Part shown: positions 46,371-48,791 of the stretch, in pieces
Layout of the letters: every line of letters starts with the position of its first letter
Position numbering within the stretch: the first letter of the stretch is position 1
Assembly: GCA_001275005.1 (NCBI GenBank)
Contig: JWZX01003146.1
Span: 1-48,791 of the forward strand
Length of the DNA: 48,791 bases
DNA from: Chrysochromulina tobinii
Lineage: Eukaryota
Reading direction: 5' to 3'
Program-made: the position numbers and the translations under genes
The notes under the pieces: generated by a model
Database searches by the model: none
What the model was told of the DNA's origin: nothing
The model's input: only the letters and a program-made list of their open reading frames with translations

Positions 46371-46859
46371 CGACCGATTAGATGCCGCATGCCCAAGGAC
46401 AGAACCACTGAGAAGCCGCACCAGATCACTGCACAGCCACAGGTCGGTCGTGCCAAAGACTTTCATGCTTCAAGGCTTGGTTATCGCAACGCACGGCCAC
46501 AGGGGGGATGTTACCACAAACACGTCTTTGCCGATCTTATTTGCCGATCACTCCGCCTGCGTCTCGCAACCGGTAGACGGTTTCAATTATAGGTTTCAAG
46601 ACCGATTAGGCATCGACGTCAAAAAGAAGGTTACTGGCGTGAATTTGGTTAGGTCCGTCCATCAAAACTTAACATACAATCATGGTTCACGCACGACATG
46701 TGGCTCATGATCACAGCGTCACACAGCGTAAGTCTTACTAACAGACCGTCGAGACTGTGTACGACAGATAACGAGGTACGAGAGGACCGGACAGTGACGG
46801 AGCCGAGCCGAGCGGCGTCGCTCCGAGATGCGAGAGCGAGTCCCGCCTCGCCGTTCATT

Positions 46860-46897
46860 GCTGTTCCATAGGCTGTTCCATGGGCTGTTCCATAGGC
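46860..46897. repeat. 12-bp tandem repeat (GCTGTTCCAT[A/G]G) x3
   Basis: Read directly; upstream of the astacin gene. Confidence 0.85.
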
Positions 46898-47207
46898 CAT
46901 ATCGTCGCGCCGCGCGAAAGCGCGAGACCGAGAGCGAGTCCCGGGGGCCGGCGCGTGCGCATGCGCATCGTACCGGTGCCCGCAAGCAGCTGGGCATTTG
47001 CGGCGGCCGGGCACCTCACCATCCCTTCTCCAAAGAAAATAAAACGTTGAGTAGCAGCGCATTGCGTTTAGCGCTTCTTTGGGCGCTCTCATACCCATAT
47101 TTGGGTCTGCCTGGAGTCCTTTTTGGACGCGATTCCCGTCGGAGGGCGTCAGACCCTTGCGCGACATCGCAGTCGCCCGCACACGCACATCGCTCACGCC
47201 TGAAGAA

Positions 47208-48791
47208 ATGCTTGCAGGGTGTGTGTTTTTGCTCACGGCTATCGTTGCGATGCCCACCGGCGACTCGTCCGGGCGGCTTGCTCAGCTTGAGCCGGCTCCG
47301 CTTGAGAAGGCGTCGCCGTCGAGGCCAGAGCTCAAGGCCGCGAAACGCGAAGTGAAGCTCCACCTGTACGACCGGAATGTGTGGAGCATGAGCGCAAACT
47401 CAAACATGCTCCTCGCAATGACCCTAGGAGGCAAGCTCCGTATACTTGCCGATTTCCTGCTCGACAGTGCAGGCACAGGCGTACCTATCGACGAACAGAC
47501 TCTTGCGTATGCGAATCACGTGAGGGGCTTGACCGACGCTCAGATTTTGGACGAGGCGCACACCGACGCCGTCAAAACTACCTTTGCGGAAGGAATGCTG
47601 CTCATGACCACCGATGAGGGTGAGGAGCGGGGCCTTACATTCACCGAGGAAGACATAGACAGGCTCTCGGGCACGTACCACTACAGTGGCGGCGGCGACG
47701 GCGCTGACCGGCTGGACCTTGGTGCCGCGGTCTCCCCCCCCTCCCCCAGTGCGTCGAAGAAGGAGAAAAGCGTCAAAACCAAGGCGGCCGTCATCTACGC
47801 AGACATCCCGTGCGCAGCCCTCAAGTGGGACCCTCAGTTGGGCTTCAATGGGCCTACTACGGTGCCCTACTGCTTCGACCCGAATATCAACGATGGGTAA
47901 GGCTGCCTTGAACGAACGCACGCGCATCCCTGCCGACGCTCATCCGGCTGGCGTGATCTTTGTTTTTCTCTCTCTCTCTCGCTCGCTCTCTCTCGCTCTC
48001 GCTCACCGAATGCGATCCGTTGGATCTCTCTCCTGTGTGCGCAGGCGCAAGCAGGCCGTGTATCAGGCTATCAATAAGATTGCCGCGGACGGCCTGTCCG
48101 ACTGCATCGGCTTTCAGGAAGTGACGTGTACTAACACGACTCAGAAGAAGATCCGATTCAAAGTGGTCGACACAAACTCATGCCACGCAGCGTGTGGCGC
48201 AGTGGAGACCGAGGTCAACCTGGGCTGGTGCGACTCCGTCGTGTACCTCGGCTCGATCATCCACGAGATCGGCCACGCGGTCGGACTGGGGCACGAGCAC
48301 AAGCGGCCCGACCGCAACCAGTACATCACGGTGAACTTTACTAACATCACTCCGGACTGGGTATCACAGTATTCGATCGACCCGGACATGAATATGGCGC
48401 AAAGCTACAATTACAACTCGCTCATGCACTACCCTAGCGGCTGCACCGGGACCAGCCCGTCAACATGCCAAATCACGCAGCCGGCGGGCACGCCGCCCAT
48501 CGGCCGCAGTTCGGGCGGCTTCGACGCGAACGACATGGAGCAGATCCGTGATATCTACGAGTGCCGCACGCGCCCGCCAGGCCCGCCTCCCTCGCCATCG
48601 CCGCCGCTCCCTTGCGTGAACTCCCCTAATACCGGCTTCAACTCGCCATTTAACACTTGCGCGTCCCTCGCCCCCTTTTGCAATCACGCCGAGTACGGGC
48701 GGACGATCCGTTACGAATGCCCCGTCACGTGCTGCGTGGGGACCTGCTGCAGCCCCCCCGCAGTCGCGCCGCCAGGCGGGTTCAGCCCGCC
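47208..48791 (+). CDS. Secreted astacin-family (M12A) zinc metalloprotease with ShK-like Cys domain; two exons seen (47208-47896, 48045->48791), runs off the window
   Basis: Signal peptide MLAGCVFLLTAIVA. After splicing: HEIGHAVGLGHEHKRPDR zinc motif, Met-turn YNYNSLMHY and ShK-like C..LAPFC.....IRYECPVTC..C. Confidence 0.9.
47897..48044 (+). other. Spliceosomal GT-AG intron (148 bp, phase 2) in the astacin gene
   Basis: GG|GTAAGG donor, (CT)n tract, GCTCAC branch-like motif and GCAG| acceptor. Splicing joins ...INDG to RKQAVYQAI... in frame with the zinc motif. Confidence 0.9.

Overview
GC-rich, gene-dense eukaryotic genomic DNA with mostly single-exon genes and a few spliceosomal introns. 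The gene content and the frequent (GCC)n and Pro-rich repeats suggest a microalga such as a haptophyte, but that is inference. About 16 host genes are recognisable: an MFS transporter, DUF179 plus a chromo-like domain, a TBC Rab-GAP, a DBP2-like DEAD-box helicase, two SET proteins, Kelch-BTB, F-box-Kelch, an IQ/coiled-coil protein, a membrane-fused papain protease, a coiled-coil/LRR protein, Ank-TPR-TM-DnaJ, a TPT-family transporter, a GYF_2 protein, a sugar porter and astacin-ShK. The standout is an 11.6 kb non-LTR retrotransposon (9460-21070) encoding APE endonuclease, a divergent RT (MSDD instead of YADD), RNase H and a CCHC knuckle, flanked by an 11-bp target-site duplication. It has (GAGT)n at the 5' end and (ACTC)n at the 3' end, so the microsatellite ends are inverted. 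Its long 3' region is rich in hairpins. Inside that region sits a 21-bp 'empty' copy of the same architecture: a 10-bp direct repeat, (GAGT)n, (ACTC)n, then the direct repeat again. Together these suggest an RT that adds GAGT repeats to both ends of a staggered cut, in a telomerase-like way. That mechanism is a hypothesis drawn from one locus. All domain calls come from motifs read by eye; no searches were run.
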